In this document: piece after piece, positions 9,222-18,269 of the stretch
How positions within the stretch are numbered: position 1 is the first letter of the stretch
How the letters are laid out: the number at the start of each line of letters is the position of its first letter
Source of the DNA: a virus
DNA: 64,000 nucleotides
Reading direction: 5' to 3' (one strand)
Virus record (IMG/VR): IMGVR_UViG_3300002144_000477
Span: 106,894 to 170,893 of that record
The notes under the pieces: model-generated
Databases searched by the model: none
Told to the model about the DNA's origin: nothing
Seen by the model: the letters and a program-made list of their open reading frames with translations, nothing else
Program-made: the position numbers and the translations under genes

Positions 9222-10170
9222 ATTGTTTTGCGAATCCTTCTTCAATGTCTACTTTAGGGTCAAATCCAAAATCTTCTTTTGCACGAGTAATATCTAATGC
9301 ACCGCGACTTGGGAAATCTGCATGTTTTTCTTTTACAGTAACAGCACCCTTGCCAACTAGTGTAATTGCTAAGTTTGCGGCTTCGAGCAATGTTTTACTA
9401 TGACTCTTAGTAATGTTGTAGGTCTTGTTGACAGCATTTGGGCTTAGTCCTGCAAGGACCATACCTTCAGCGGCATCTTCAACAAAGGTGAAATCTAGTG
9501 TTTCATTTTCTCCGTTGACAGTAAGTTCGCTATTGCCCATTGCAGTAAGCAGAAACTTGCTAATAACACGGTCACTGACATCAAGCGGTCCGTATACGGC
9601 ACTCGGGCGAATGATAGTATACTCTAGGCCATATTTGCGACAGTAGTCTTTAACTAGCATCTCGCCCGTTAGTTTAAGGATGCCGTACTCGCCTTGCGGG
9701 TTTAGATCTGCATCTTCGTTGACATGGTCGTCAAAGTCACCGTAGACCATGCTACTACTGATATAGACAAAACGTTTAACCTCATACTTAACAGACATTT
9801 CTAACAAGTTAAGTAGTCCACCAATCATAGTGTTACTTGAACCACCGGGGTCTGCACCTACTACTTTTTGCCTAGGAGGACTAGCCAGGTGAAATACAAT
9901 GTCTGGGCGCATGAATGCCATAGAGCTATCAACAAACTTTTTGTCAACAATGTCTTTATGTAGGTAGTTGGTGCTAACTAGATTAGGCGGCAATGACATG
10001 ATAACTTTCATACGTTCGCCCAACAGGTACCCAACTTCTTTCATGCTGACAGCACCGTTGTAGTTAGTAAGGTTATCGTAAATACTAACGGGAATTTGAT
10101 GGTCGTTAACTAATTTCTGTACCACGTGGTGACCAATTAATCCTAGTCCACCAGTAACAAGTGCTTTCAT
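9160..10170 (-). CDS. NAD-dependent nucleotide-sugar epimerase/dehydratase
   Basis: VTGGLGLIG, SSSMVYG, YGILK (YxxxK). Confidence 0.9.
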   Translation of the reverse strand: MKALVTGGLGLIGHHVVQKLVNDHQIPVSIYDNLTNYNGAVSMKEVGYLLGERMKVIMSLPPNLVSTNYLHKDIVDKKFVDSSMAFMRPDIVFHLASPPRQKVVGADPGGSSNTMIGGLLNLLEMSVKYEVKRFVYISSSMVYGDFDDHVNEDADLNPQGEYGILKLTGEMLVKDYCRKYGLEYTIIRPSAVYGPLDVSDRVISKFLLTAMGNSELTVNGENETLDFTFVEDAAEGMVLAGLSPNAVNKTYNITKSHSKTLLEAANLAITLVGKGAVTVKEKHADFPSRGALDITRAKEDFGFDPKVDIEEGFAKQYEWLSNSVYWNQKAIQKLTK

Positions 10171-10490
10171 TTTCTGTTTCCCCATTTTAGTTCGTGAAAT
10201 GTGTAATTGACGTCTTCAAGCTCGCCGACAATGGCTATAGTATAGCTATAATTATACGAGTCAACGTCGGTGTAAAAAGTTATCTCTCCAATGGCATTTT
10301 CCATGCACCATTTACCGTGCTCGGACTGTTGCCATTCGTAAATTGGGCCGGCAGCATACAATACCGGATCTTCGCAATCGCCAATTGAAAATTTATGCAT
10401 TATGAGCTTTCGTGTTAACCCATTGGCAAGTTTTGGCATTTGGCGATGACTCCAAATCTTAGACGGCCATTGGTGCTTTAATTGTGCCAT
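10167..10490 (-). CDS. hypothetical protein
   Basis: ORF overlapping neighbours in operon; start uncertain. Confidence 0.6.
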   Translation of the reverse strand: MAQLKHQWPSKIWSHRQMPKLANGLTRKLIMHKFSIGDCEDPVLYAAGPIYEWQQSEHGKWCMENAIGEITFYTDVDSYNYSYTIAIVGELEDVNYTFHELKWGNRK

Positions 10491-11370
10491 GGCTTTGGTA
10501 TCCTACTAGCTTAATATCGTCCATTGTGAACTTATTAATGTCTGTGATGTCTGGGTTTAACCAAAGAGTTGGTTCAGGTAATGGTTCACGTGTTAATTGT
10601 TCTTTTACCTGTTCAATATGATTTAAGTAGATGTGTGCATCGCCGAGAACGTGAACGAACTCACCGACCTTAAGGCCGCACACTTGAGCTATCATCGCCG
10701 TTAAGAGGGAGTAGCTAGCGATATTAAATGGGACTCCTAAAAACATATCACAACTTCTTTGATACATTTGGCAAGACAGTTTATTATCTTGACTAACGTA
10801 AAACTGTGCAAACATATGACAAGGCGGTAAAGCCATTTGGTCTAGTTCACCAGGGTTCCAAGCACTTAATATATGTCGACGTCCATATGGATCTATTTTA
10901 ATTCCGTTAATTAAGTCTGCTAGCTGATCAGTTTCTTTGATGTGTATAGAGCCACCGCGATTGTAGTAGTTGCCGAAATCGTCTCTAAAAATTTCTTTAC
11001 TGTGAATAATAGGAGTCTGCCACTTGCGCCATTGCACACCATACACACGACCTAGGTCGCCTTCAGACTTAGCGTTAGGTTTCCAGTATGGTGCTAGTGC
11101 ATTAGGAGTCCAGATAGTTACTGTGCCTTCGCTAGTACCGTGGGTAATCTCAGCAAGACGTCGTTCGTTACCACTGCCTTCGATGAACCACAATAGCTCA
11201 CCAGTGAGCGCCTTCCATGCTAGTTTTTTAGTTGTTACCGCAGGAAATGATTCTTCTAAATTATATCGTTGTTGCATACCGAACAGACTGATAGTACCAG
11301 TTCCTGTGCGGTCGCCGCGAACGGAACCTTTATCAAGTACTTCTTTTAATGCGTTTAAATAAGTTTTCAT
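10459..11370 (-). CDS. thyA: thymidylate synthase
   Basis: DRTGTGT, ALPPCH, YQRSCD.FLGVPFNIASY, DAHIY. Confidence 0.97.
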   Translation of the reverse strand: MKTYLNALKEVLDKGSVRGDRTGTGTISLFGMQQRYNLEESFPAVTTKKLAWKALTGELLWFIEGSGNERRLAEITHGTSEGTVTIWTPNALAPYWKPNAKSEGDLGRVYGVQWRKWQTPIIHSKEIFRDDFGNYYNRGGSIHIKETDQLADLINGIKIDPYGRRHILSAWNPGELDQMALPPCHMFAQFYVSQDNKLSCQMYQRSCDMFLGVPFNIASYSLLTAMIAQVCGLKVGEFVHVLGDAHIYLNHIEQVKEQLTREPLPEPTLWLNPDITDINKFTMDDIKLVGYQSHGTIKAPMAV

Positions 11371-11848
11371 ATTTTACAAATGTTGCCTTGGAGTCTGGAC
11401 TAGCACTGCATGTAACTGGATGCATTCCTAGTAGTAGTTCTTTTATATCAATTCTAACATCTATTTTATACGAACCCTTGACATGTGTCAAGTAACATCT
11501 GTCCAATACATCTTTAGCGGCAAGAACAATTTTAGGCCCACCGATAACAAATATCTGCTTAGTAGGATTAGCCTGTTCTAAAGTTAACAGTTCATCACCT
11601 AGGTTATCGCCGTAAAGTGGTCTAGCATATACTCCTAACGTAGAAACTCTGTTAGTAACTACGTAACAAGTGCGCCCGCTCAATGGCTTAGGAAACTTAT
11701 TGTCGTCCCATGTATTTCTACCCATAACAACAATGTTGTTCATGGTTAGTTTTTTAAAAAATTGTAGATCTTCGGGAAGGTGCCAAGGGAGGGAACCTTG
11801 GTATCCCATCCCTCCCCGGCTGTCTACTGCTAATAATGCAGAAATCAT
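11333..11848 (-). CDS. folA: dihydrofolate reductase
   Basis: LPWHLPEDL, MGRNTW, PLSGR, VIGG; adjacent to thyA. Confidence 0.95.
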   Translation of the reverse strand: MISALLAVDSRGGMGYQGSLPWHLPEDLQFFKKLTMNNIVVMGRNTWDDNKFPKPLSGRTCYVVTNRVSTLGVYARPLYGDNLGDELLTLEQANPTKQIFVIGGPKIVLAAKDVLDRCYLTHVKGSYKIDVRIDIKELLLGMHPVTCSASPDSKATFVKYENLFKRIKRST

Positions 11849-12225
11849 TTTAAATTTCTAAGTATTTCGTCGGTAAGTGGTTGAACTGTATCAGCTACAT
11901 AATCGAGGTTAATGTAAAAATCTACATCATCGATTATGTGATCAAGCGCTTCAAGTCTACTATTAATCATTAGCTCAACATCGTCTGGGTGAAGTCCTTG
12001 ATCTACTAACAATTCAATCACGTCAATACGTACAATGGTGCCATCCTTAAGATTAACATCTAACCCTTCCAGGCAATGTACCGGCACTTGCGACTTATCG
12101 ACGTCTCCTAAAATCTTCTCCCAGACTTCCTTCTTTGTTATCTTAAGCCGTTTGCCCCGCCTTGGTCCGGCCGGTTTTTTCGGTTCTTGTTTTTTTGCTG
12201 GCATTTGATAAACCTTTGGCTTCAT
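11845..12225 (-). CDS. hypothetical protein
   Basis: ORF with ATGA-type overlap; start uncertain. Confidence 0.6.
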   Translation of the reverse strand: MKPKVYQMPAKKQEPKKPAGPRRGKRLKITKKEVWEKILGDVDKSQVPVHCLEGLDVNLKDGTIVRIDVIELLVDQGLHPDDVELMINSRLEALDHIIDDVDFYINLDYVADTVQPLTDEILRNLK

Positions 12226-12808
12226 CTTTTAGTCGTTTTGCCTCAGCCAGTAGGCCCTTTGCTTGGGCTTCCATGTCAGTGGCTTGTTTAGTTAATCCTT
12301 GTGCGATATCTGAATCAGATAACACGCTGTCCTGTGGCGCCACTATAGCCTCAGTAACAACAGGTGGTTCTCCAACATCGCGCCCTCTAGTAAACGGGGT
12401 AGCTGACATGCCAGCGTTAGCATCCATATCGGCAGCACGTTTAGCGGCAGCATTACCAGCTGCCATGTCTTTAAGAATTTTATTAACTTCGTCTAGACGT
12501 TGCCTAGTTTTGCTATTAGGAGTTAGCAACACTTGATTGTTAGGCACTTTCTTAATTCGATGTTCGCTATGCAAGACATCTAAGATTCGACGACCATCGC
12601 TCATTGTAGTACGGTGCAATACATCGGCTAAGTCGATTGTATTTTGTGCCAGCACACCTTCAACAGTTCGCATTAACTCGTCATGCACCAATTGCGGGAG
12701 CTCGTCGCTGTATGTGATCAATGCCATCCAGTCCTCGTCTGGCACTTCTCGGAATAGTACAATACATCTACGTTGGTTATGTATTGCAACATGTTTTGTG
12801 AAACTCAT
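12143..12808 (-). CDS. hypothetical protein with C-terminal coiled coil
   Basis: AGGAG SD, 221-aa ORF. Confidence 0.75.
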   Translation of the reverse strand: MSFTKHVAIHNQRRCIVLFREVPDEDWMALITYSDELPQLVHDELMRTVEGVLAQNTIDLADVLHRTTMSDGRRILDVLHSEHRIKKVPNNQVLLTPNSKTRQRLDEVNKILKDMAAGNAAAKRAADMDANAGMSATPFTRGRDVGEPPVVTEAIVAPQDSVLSDSDIAQGLTKQATDMEAQAKGLLAEAKRLKDEAKGLSNASKKTRTEKTGRTKAGQTA

Positions 12809-12819
12809 TTTGCTCTCCT

Positions 12820-13080
12820 TTATGCTTCTAGCGAAGCAGTTTCTTCTGGTGTTTCGGCATTTGCTGTTTCGGCATTTGCTGTTTCGCGAGTGATAGCACC
12901 GCTTGCTTCCAGGAATGCTAATAGTCGATCGTGCAAGCCGCCAATGTTAACCATCTCGTCTGCACGGAACGCACCACGCTTTGCACATACTTGCACAGTT
13001 TGCAACATTAGCAACAAATCGGTAATACCCAATCCGACGGGTGCGGCTGCCGCTTCAGTTGTTTGTTCTACTTCACTCAT
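12820..13080 (-). CDS. small acidic hypothetical protein
   Basis: AAGGAG SD; ETANA repeats at C-terminus. Confidence 0.75.
   Translation of the reverse strand: MSEVEQTTEAAAAPVGLGITDLLLMLQTVQVCAKRGAFRADEMVNIGGLHDRLLAFLEASGAITRETANAETANAETPEETASLEA
12851..12886. repeat. 15-bp tandem repeat (gtttcggcatttgct x2.4) encoding ETANA
   Basis: Read directly. Confidence 0.85.
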
Positions 13081-13160
13081 TAATAAAAACTCCTTATTGG
13101 TGTTGTAATATATAGTTATATTTAAACTATAATACTCTGATTAAAAAATTATTTTTTGGA

Positions 13161-13460
13161 CTAAAACCATTCGTTAGATGGTTGATTTATTTGATTTAGC
13201 ATAAGCGAGAAGTAAGTAGCTTCGCTATGCTCTTCAAATGCAACAGTAGAAAGTATGTCAAGTTTACGCTCAACACCGGATCGTACTTGAGTATCTCCAA
13301 TCCAATAACGACCTTCTAAATTCTCATATACCCAATTACTGATGTCGAGTTCGGACGCATTTTTACTAAATGAAACAGGCATAAAGTGAGGAGGGCAATG
13401 CGTAACTACCCTCCTTGTACCCGATATGTTAAACCAATTTGGCTCAAGCAGTTTAAGCAT
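13161..13460 (-). CDS. hypothetical protein
   Basis: 99-aa ORF overlapping upstream gene. Confidence 0.7.
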   Translation of the reverse strand: MLKLLEPNWFNISGTRRVVTHCPPHFMPVSFSKNASELDISNWVYENLEGRYWIGDTQVRSGVERKLDILSTVAFEEHSEATYFSLMLNQINQPSNEWF

Positions 13461-13758
13461 TTACCGAATCTTGTTTGTTTGTTACCAGCACAATTTTAAT
13501 TGGATCCTTGTCAACTTGCACAGGCATAATCTTAGTCTTTAGCACTTGCTCGGCACTGTCTTTAAAACTGTTAATTAGGTTCAACTGATTCATAGCAACT
13601 GCAATTTCAATACTGCGAGCCAAATCTTCTAGTACATGCTCGAGTGCTTTAATACGATCCACTGCTTCTTCTAGCGTTGCAGGCAAGTTAAGCCACGCAT
13701 TATTATCTGAATCAATCTCTACATTCTCACTAGTAGCATTAACTACGATATCAGTCAT
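13453..13758 (-). CDS. hypothetical protein
   Basis: AAGGAG SD, overlap with upstream stop. Confidence 0.7.
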   Translation of the reverse strand: MTDIVVNATSENVEIDSDNNAWLNLPATLEEAVDRIKALEHVLEDLARSIEIAVAMNQLNLINSFKDSAEQVLKTKIMPVQVDKDPIKIVLVTNKQDSVNA

Positions 13759-14627
13759 TTAGTAACTCCTTGTTCTATAATTTTACGCATAAACTTTAGT
13801 GCGTCGTTGTAACTAGTTGCAGTAATTTCTTCGTCATAAATGTATGTTTCGCGCCCGTAGTATGTAGACTTCGAAAACCCGTTCAACCCACGACAGTCCC
13901 AGCAGTGTGATGCACCTTCGTAATCAATAAACTCGCTCAATGGCTGTTTAGATTTAATTTTGTTGTACAGCCGTGATACGCATCCAGTTCCGCGCTCAAC
14001 ATCGTTAGTGCCGCTCATCCAAATAATAGGGCGAGCAATGTCCGTTGACAACCAGGTATTATCAGTATATGAACACCCACCATAAAATGCAACTGCGGCA
14101 ACTGGAATGACATAGCCTTTTTCTTTAGCTTCTTCAATGATAAAATCTTGCAAGCCCATTGCAGATACCATTGCGCCAAGGCTTGTACCCGAAGTGAAAA
14201 TCATATTGGGATTAACACCTGGGACTTTGGCCAACTCAGTTGCGGCTACATACATATCCTTAACAAGGCGTTCTTCGCCTAGTGGCTTGTCCTTGCCGCA
14301 ATTTCTGCGAGGGCGACCTTGACCTGAAAAATCGGAAATAGCAACAGTATATCCTTCTTTTAGCATAGCCTTCACTAATCGCATAACATCAGTATCATTA
14401 CGCTGATGGATGCCTGCGCACGATGGCAAAAAGACTACCCCGGCACCATTCTGTTTTTCGGGCAAGTAAATCGGTGCACCATATGGCTCGCCGATTTCGG
14501 TAGTAGGTTGTTTAAACTTTAGATCTTCGTAGCCGTTGTCTTTAATGTAAGAGCGGCTCCATGCCATAGCAGAGCTAGCTACTAGAGACAAACTTACAAT
14601 AACGGTTGCAGTTCTTAAAAATTTCAT
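13755..14627 (-). CDS. secreted dienelactone hydrolase-like alpha/beta hydrolase
   Basis: Signal peptide MKFLRT...SSAMA; GTSLGA nucleophile elbow; YEGASH; start corrected to ATG after AGGAG. Confidence 0.75.
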   Translation of the reverse strand: MKFLRTATVIVSLSLVASSAMAWSRSYIKDNGYEDLKFKQPTTEIGEPYGAPIYLPEKQNGAGVVFLPSCAGIHQRNDTDVMRLVKAMLKEGYTVAISDFSGQGRPRRNCGKDKPLGEERLVKDMYVAATELAKVPGVNPNMIFTSGTSLGAMVSAMGLQDFIIEEAKEKGYVIPVAAVAFYGGCSYTDNTWLSTDIARPIIWMSGTNDVERGTGCVSRLYNKIKSKQPLSEFIDYEGASHCWDCRGLNGFSKSTYYGRETYIYDEEITATSYNDALKFMRKIIEQGVTK

Positions 14628-14646
14628 GATAACTCCTGTGTGTATG

Positions 14647-14686
14647 TGTTGCTGTCTATGTATACTATTATACAGATCACCAACCA
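14647..14686. repeat. 40-bp perfect direct repeat, copy 1 (promoter/leader cassette)
   Basis: tgttgctgtctatgtatactattatacagatcaccaacca identical to 18221-18260. Confidence 0.9.
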
Positions 14687-14695
14687 AAAGGTCAA
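14667..14695 (-). promoter_or_regulatory. sigma70-type promoter TTGACC-N17-TATAAT
   Basis: Near consensus with 17-bp spacer, upstream of 14627 start. Confidence 0.85.
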
Positions 14696-14705
14696 CCGAA
14701 ATATA

Positions 14706-14749
14706 ACACTTTTTCCAGAATTCTACAAAAAGATCACCGGAAAAAGTGT
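14706..14749. other. 11-bp inverted repeat (acactttttcc / ggaaaaagtgt) after vWA gene
   Basis: Read directly; hairpin or operator next to a promoter. Confidence 0.5.
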
Positions 14750-14765
14750 GGTTTTATTGCAACAA

Positions 14766-16028
14766 TTAGCGTTTAGCTACTTCTTCTTCGTAATGTGCCC
14801 AAATACCAAACGGTGGCTCAGCAGTTGGATTACCTTTAATAACAAACACTGTATCGCAGTAATTTGCGTCACCCCAGCTATTCCATGGATAACCATCTGT
14901 GAACATGATAAACTTCTTGGGTTCAATCCCATGCTCTTTCATGTATGTCCAGTTAGCGTCGAAGTCGGTGCCACCGCCGCCCTCAGGGTGATATTCAGTG
15001 ATGTCTTGCATATTGTCCGAAGTAAACTCTTGTTCGTTGTATACCTCGGTATCAAAGCTCCATACACGAATTTTATATTCGTCGTATTGTTGCATAATGC
15101 CCTGGATCTCGCCAAGGAAGTCTTTGATATCCTGTTCGCCAATTGACCCAGATGTGTCAACTGCAACGCAAACATCAATTTGAGTTCCCGGAATACTGCC
15201 CGGCATAATAGCATCGGTGTGCCATCCTTTACGACTTGGACGAGTCCAAGTAAAATCGTTTTTAACAGTACTTTGAATTTGTTGGTCAATCAAATCACGC
15301 CAGTTAATAACCGGGCGAGTCAGATCTTTAATAAGACGTCGGACTCCAGCTGGCAACTGCCCAGCTTCGGCACTCTTTGCGGCATTTAGCATAGCCTCTT
15401 TAATTTCGTCCCTCACTGCACGCCGCTCTTCTTCGGACATGGTAGGGCGTTTGCCTTTTCCGTCTTTGCTATCACCATCACCATCACCGTCACCATCACC
15501 ATCAAGGTGTTCGTCTAACAGTTGGTCAAGAAGCTCTGCAATTTCTTGCTGGTCGGCATTCTCTAATAAGTCGTCGTATACTTCTTCAGCGGACCAGCCG
15601 CGGTATTTTGGACTATACAGGATAGGTACTGAAACAATTCGATCGCCGATATTTTGATCTAGCAAGTCAGAGTTAACGCAGTAGTCTGCCGCAATGTTAA
15701 AAATCTTCGGGTCACGTTCAGCACGGCGCCCAACATGATCGTATACACAATGCAATACTTCGTGCCCAAACAAAAACTCAAGTTGTCGCAACGGCAACGA
15801 TGTTACAAATTTACTATTGTAATAGAATTTGCGTCCGTCTGTAGCGGCAGTTGGGCACCAATCGTCTGCATTAACTAATTGCAATCGTGTAGCCAAATTG
15901 CCAAAAAACGGCGCACGTAGTAGCAAGCCGACTCGAGCAGTAACAAGAGCTTCGACAGCCTTAGCGTCAACTACAGGATCTGTATTTGATGTATTTTTTG
16001 ATTTCTCAGCAAGAGTAGTATCAGTCAC
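14766..16028 (-). CDS. DUF2201-type metallopeptidase plus vWA domain protein
   Basis: TAATDG, HEVLH (HExxH), DG-rich linker, DTSGS MIDAS, GGGTDF, FTDG. Confidence 0.88.
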   Translation of the reverse strand: MTDTTLAEKSKNTSNTDPVVDAKAVEALVTARVGLLLRAPFFGNLATRLQLVNADDWCPTAATDGRKFYYNSKFVTSLPLRQLEFLFGHEVLHCVYDHVGRRAERDPKIFNIAADYCVNSDLLDQNIGDRIVSVPILYSPKYRGWSAEEVYDDLLENADQQEIAELLDQLLDEHLDGDGDGDGDGDSKDGKGKRPTMSEEERRAVRDEIKEAMLNAAKSAEAGQLPAGVRRLIKDLTRPVINWRDLIDQQIQSTVKNDFTWTRPSRKGWHTDAIMPGSIPGTQIDVCVAVDTSGSIGEQDIKDFLGEIQGIMQQYDEYKIRVWSFDTEVYNEQEFTSDNMQDITEYHPEGGGGTDFDANWTYMKEHGIEPKKFIMFTDGYPWNSWGDANYCDTVFVIKGNPTAEPPFGIWAHYEEEVAKR

Positions 16029-16057
16029 GGGCTTCTCCTTTTGTACAGTATTTAACT

Positions 16058-16086
16058 ATTATACAGTTAACATCTCAATTAGTCAA
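16058..16086 (-). promoter_or_regulatory. sigma70-type promoter TTGACT-N17-TATAAT
   Basis: Upstream of vWA gene. Confidence 0.8.
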
Positions 16087-16105
16087 CCTAAATTTAGCTA
16101 AAGTA

Positions 16106-16170
16106 TGCACGGGCAGTCTAATAAAGTTGGGGGACTTACGGAATAAATCCCGCCCCCATCGCCCGTGACA
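16106..16170 (-). ncRNA. candidate structured intergenic RNA element
   Basis: GC-rich nested stems CACGGGC/GCCCGUG and GGGAUUUA/UAAGUCCC. Confidence 0.4.
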
Positions 16171-16178
16171 GCGAACTA

Positions 16179-17282
16179 TTATCGAGCGTTAGCGGCAGTA
16201 ATGTACTTGCCGAATCGTTGATGAAACTCGTTGAAGTTTTTCAACTTACCTGGAATCAGTGGCAAGTTGTAAGTAGTTAAAGCAACCTTTGCGCCAACGA
16301 CTACTAGTTCGGTAGTGAAATTATCCATCATAAAGCGGATAAATCTATCGGCTTGCGTATGCCACTCACCGATATTAGCAGGACCGAGCTTTTTAAATTG
16401 CTCTTGAAGTTCGTAGCACATGCCTGTAACCAAAGAGTACATAGCACTAATTTCTTTAGTTTTAAGTTCAGTGACTTTGCCATTGAGCACGTCTTCGGGG
16501 TTAGGCATTTCGCCAGACACACGTCGGTGTGCCATAAACTTAACTGCAAGGCCCTCGCCTACAGTACCTGCGATCAAATCGGTTAGTTCGTCGTGACTAA
16601 TATCGCCTTCTTGCAAAAACTCGCTAACAAACGCCCATGTACGCGGAGTAGCAAAACTACGACTTGGGCTACGTGGGTCAAAGTCGAACAAATCAGCTTT
16701 GGCAAATGTCAAGTAACCGACTACATCTTTATGCAAACGATTATTAACAGCCCACGTCTGCCATGACTCGAAGTCGGGGCGGACTTCCAGGTGAACAAAT
16801 CGATTGGCTAGAGGAGTAGGCATACGGTAAGTAACACCTTTATCGCTTTCTCGATTACCAGCGGCAACTAGCACCACGTTATCAGGCAACACATACTTGC
16901 CAACCCGACGATTCAGGATGAGTTGGTATGCGGCAGCCTGTACAGCTGGCGCCGCAGAGTTTAGCTCGTCGAGGAACAAGATAATAACAGGGTACTGACT
17001 TGCCATTTCTTCATCGGGCAAGTCAATCGGTGGAGCCCAGTCCATCTTACCGCTATCGCGATTAAAAAACGGAATGCCTCGAATGTCAGTGGGCTCCATT
17101 TGGCCTAGGCGCAAGTCAATCATATGGCCACCAAGGTCTGTAGCCAAGCCAGCGACGAGGTCGGACTTGCCAATGCCTGGAGGACCCCACAAAAACACAG
17201 GGCGCTTAATGTTGAAACAGCGAAGTACACGCCCCCGGGCTTCGGAAGGGGTTACGGTACGGGTAGTAGTAATATCACTCAT
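16179..17282 (-). CDS. MoxR-like AAA+ ATPase
   Basis: GPPGIGKS, LFLDELN, AAGNR, LANRF; paired with vWA gene. Confidence 0.9.
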   Translation of the reverse strand: MSDITTTRTVTPSEARGRVLRCFNIKRPVFLWGPPGIGKSDLVAGLATDLGGHMIDLRLGQMEPTDIRGIPFFNRDSGKMDWAPPIDLPDEEMASQYPVIILFLDELNSAAPAVQAAAYQLILNRRVGKYVLPDNVVLVAAGNRESDKGVTYRMPTPLANRFVHLEVRPDFESWQTWAVNNRLHKDVVGYLTFAKADLFDFDPRSPSRSFATPRTWAFVSEFLQEGDISHDELTDLIAGTVGEGLAVKFMAHRRVSGEMPNPEDVLNGKVTELKTKEISAMYSLVTGMCYELQEQFKKLGPANIGEWHTQADRFIRFMMDNFTTELVVVGAKVALTTYNLPLIPGKLKNFNEFHQRFGKYITAANAR

Positions 17283-17314
17283 GTCACGGGTTCCTTAAAA
17301 GTTACTATGCTGTA

Positions 17315-17343
17315 AGTATATGACACTTTTTGGTTTGTGTCAA
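17315..17343 (-). promoter_or_regulatory. sigma70-type promoter TTGACA-N17-TATACT
   Basis: Upstream of AAA gene. Confidence 0.8.
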
Positions 17344-17354
17344 GCGATTTGTTA

Positions 17355-17699
17355 TTAATCTAAGCGTGAGCCAACATAAATGTCGATATCGTTAAACGAG
17401 TTTTTCATCACTGTGACAAATGCCTTTGCTCCTACTTCTTTGGCGTCAACGCTTTGGGTAAACGTCTTGTCCGGACTCCAAAACTTCAGTGACTTACTGT
17501 ACGAATCCTTGCGGAACCCATTTGCAATCAGCGCCTTGCCCAGTTTGCTGTTGGCACGAACACCGTAGATGTCAACCCAGGTAAAGCCACATCCGCCACG
17601 TTCGCCGTGCTGGGCAATATAGTTTTGCGTCTGACGAGTAGCTTCTACCACCGCTTGATTAACTGCGGCTTCTGCGAGAACATTGATGTCTGTAGTCAT
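17355..17699 (-). CDS. hypothetical phage protein
   Basis: AGGA SD; CGFTWV motif, ends GSRLD. Confidence 0.75.
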   Translation of the reverse strand: MTTDINVLAEAAVNQAVVEATRQTQNYIAQHGERGGCGFTWVDIYGVRANSKLGKALIANGFRKDSYSKSLKFWSPDKTFTQSVDAKEVGAKAFVTVMKNSFNDIDIYVGSRLD

Positions 17700-17711
17700 T
17701 TTTCAGGTTCC

Positions 17712-17918
17712 TTAAACAAAATCGTAAAATGTTGCTTCCATACCGGACTTGCCAAAGCAGATGCCAACTGTCTGATTGTTGACACTGAGCATACGGTAAA
17801 CTTCAGTAGCAATCGCTGAGTCCTGTGTCTCCAGGAACATGGTGCCGTTGAAGAAAGAAGCATCAACATCAGTAACTGACTCGGTGATTGCCAAACAACG
17901 TTCTTCGAAATTCATCAT
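17712..17918 (-). CDS. small hypothetical protein (paralog A)
   Basis: FFNGTMFLE...FYDFV; similar to 18004-18207. Confidence 0.7.
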   Translation of the reverse strand: MMNFEERCLAITESVTDVDASFFNGTMFLETQDSAIATEVYRMLSVNNQTVGICFGKSGMEATFYDFV

Positions 17919-17950
17919 CTTCAACTCCTGTTTTGCTTTGCTATGTATAT

Positions 17951-17979
17951 ATTATAACAAATTTGGTAATTATTGTCTA
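17951..17979 (-). promoter_or_regulatory. sigma70-type promoter TAGACA-N17-TATAAT
   Basis: Leader resembles those near 14647, 18221 and 19065. Confidence 0.75.
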
Positions 17980-18003
17980 CCAAAAACTTAGTTCTTGTTG
18001 TTT

Positions 18004-18207
18004 TTAAGCAACAAAATCGTAAACATATTCACCGCCTGCTTTGCTCTGTTGAACCTTACAGTTAGTGGATTCCTGCAACATTGTCAGCACCTGTTCAGCG
18101 GCATCAGAATCGCATTCAACGAACAGTGAACCGTTAAAGAAACATGCCTTACGCTCTTCCTGGATAACTTCTGCTACTTGATGTAAAACTACTGTTTCGA
18201 ATCCCAT
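18004..18207 (-). CDS. small hypothetical protein (paralog B)
   Basis: FFNGSLFVE...VYDFVA; start corrected to ATG after AGGAG. Confidence 0.7.
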   Translation of the reverse strand: MGFETVVLHQVAEVIQEERKACFFNGSLFVECDSDAAEQVLTMLQESTNCKVQQSKAGGEYVYDFVA

Positions 18208-18220
18208 ATCAACTCCTGTT

Positions 18221-18260
18221 TGTTGCTGTCTATGTATACTATTATACAGATCACCAACCA
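18221..18260. repeat. 40-bp perfect direct repeat, copy 2
   Basis: Identical to 14647-14686. Confidence 0.9.
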
Positions 18261-18269
18261 TAATGTCAA
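18241..18269 (-). promoter_or_regulatory. sigma70 consensus promoter TTGACA-N17-TATAAT
   Basis: Perfect consensus. Confidence 0.9.

Noticed and set aside
10459-11370. ThyA as a dCMP/dUMP hydroxymethylase supplying a glycosylation handle
   Set aside because: It has canonical PPCH and GVPFN (Asn specifying dUMP) motifs and sits next to DHFR, so it looks like an ordinary thymidylate synthase.
14628-14687. Shared N-terminal peptide MVGDLYNSIHRQQ in ORFs 13755-14687 and 18004-18273
   Set aside because: This is translation of the repeated promoter/leader DNA; true starts are the downstream ATGs after AGGAG.
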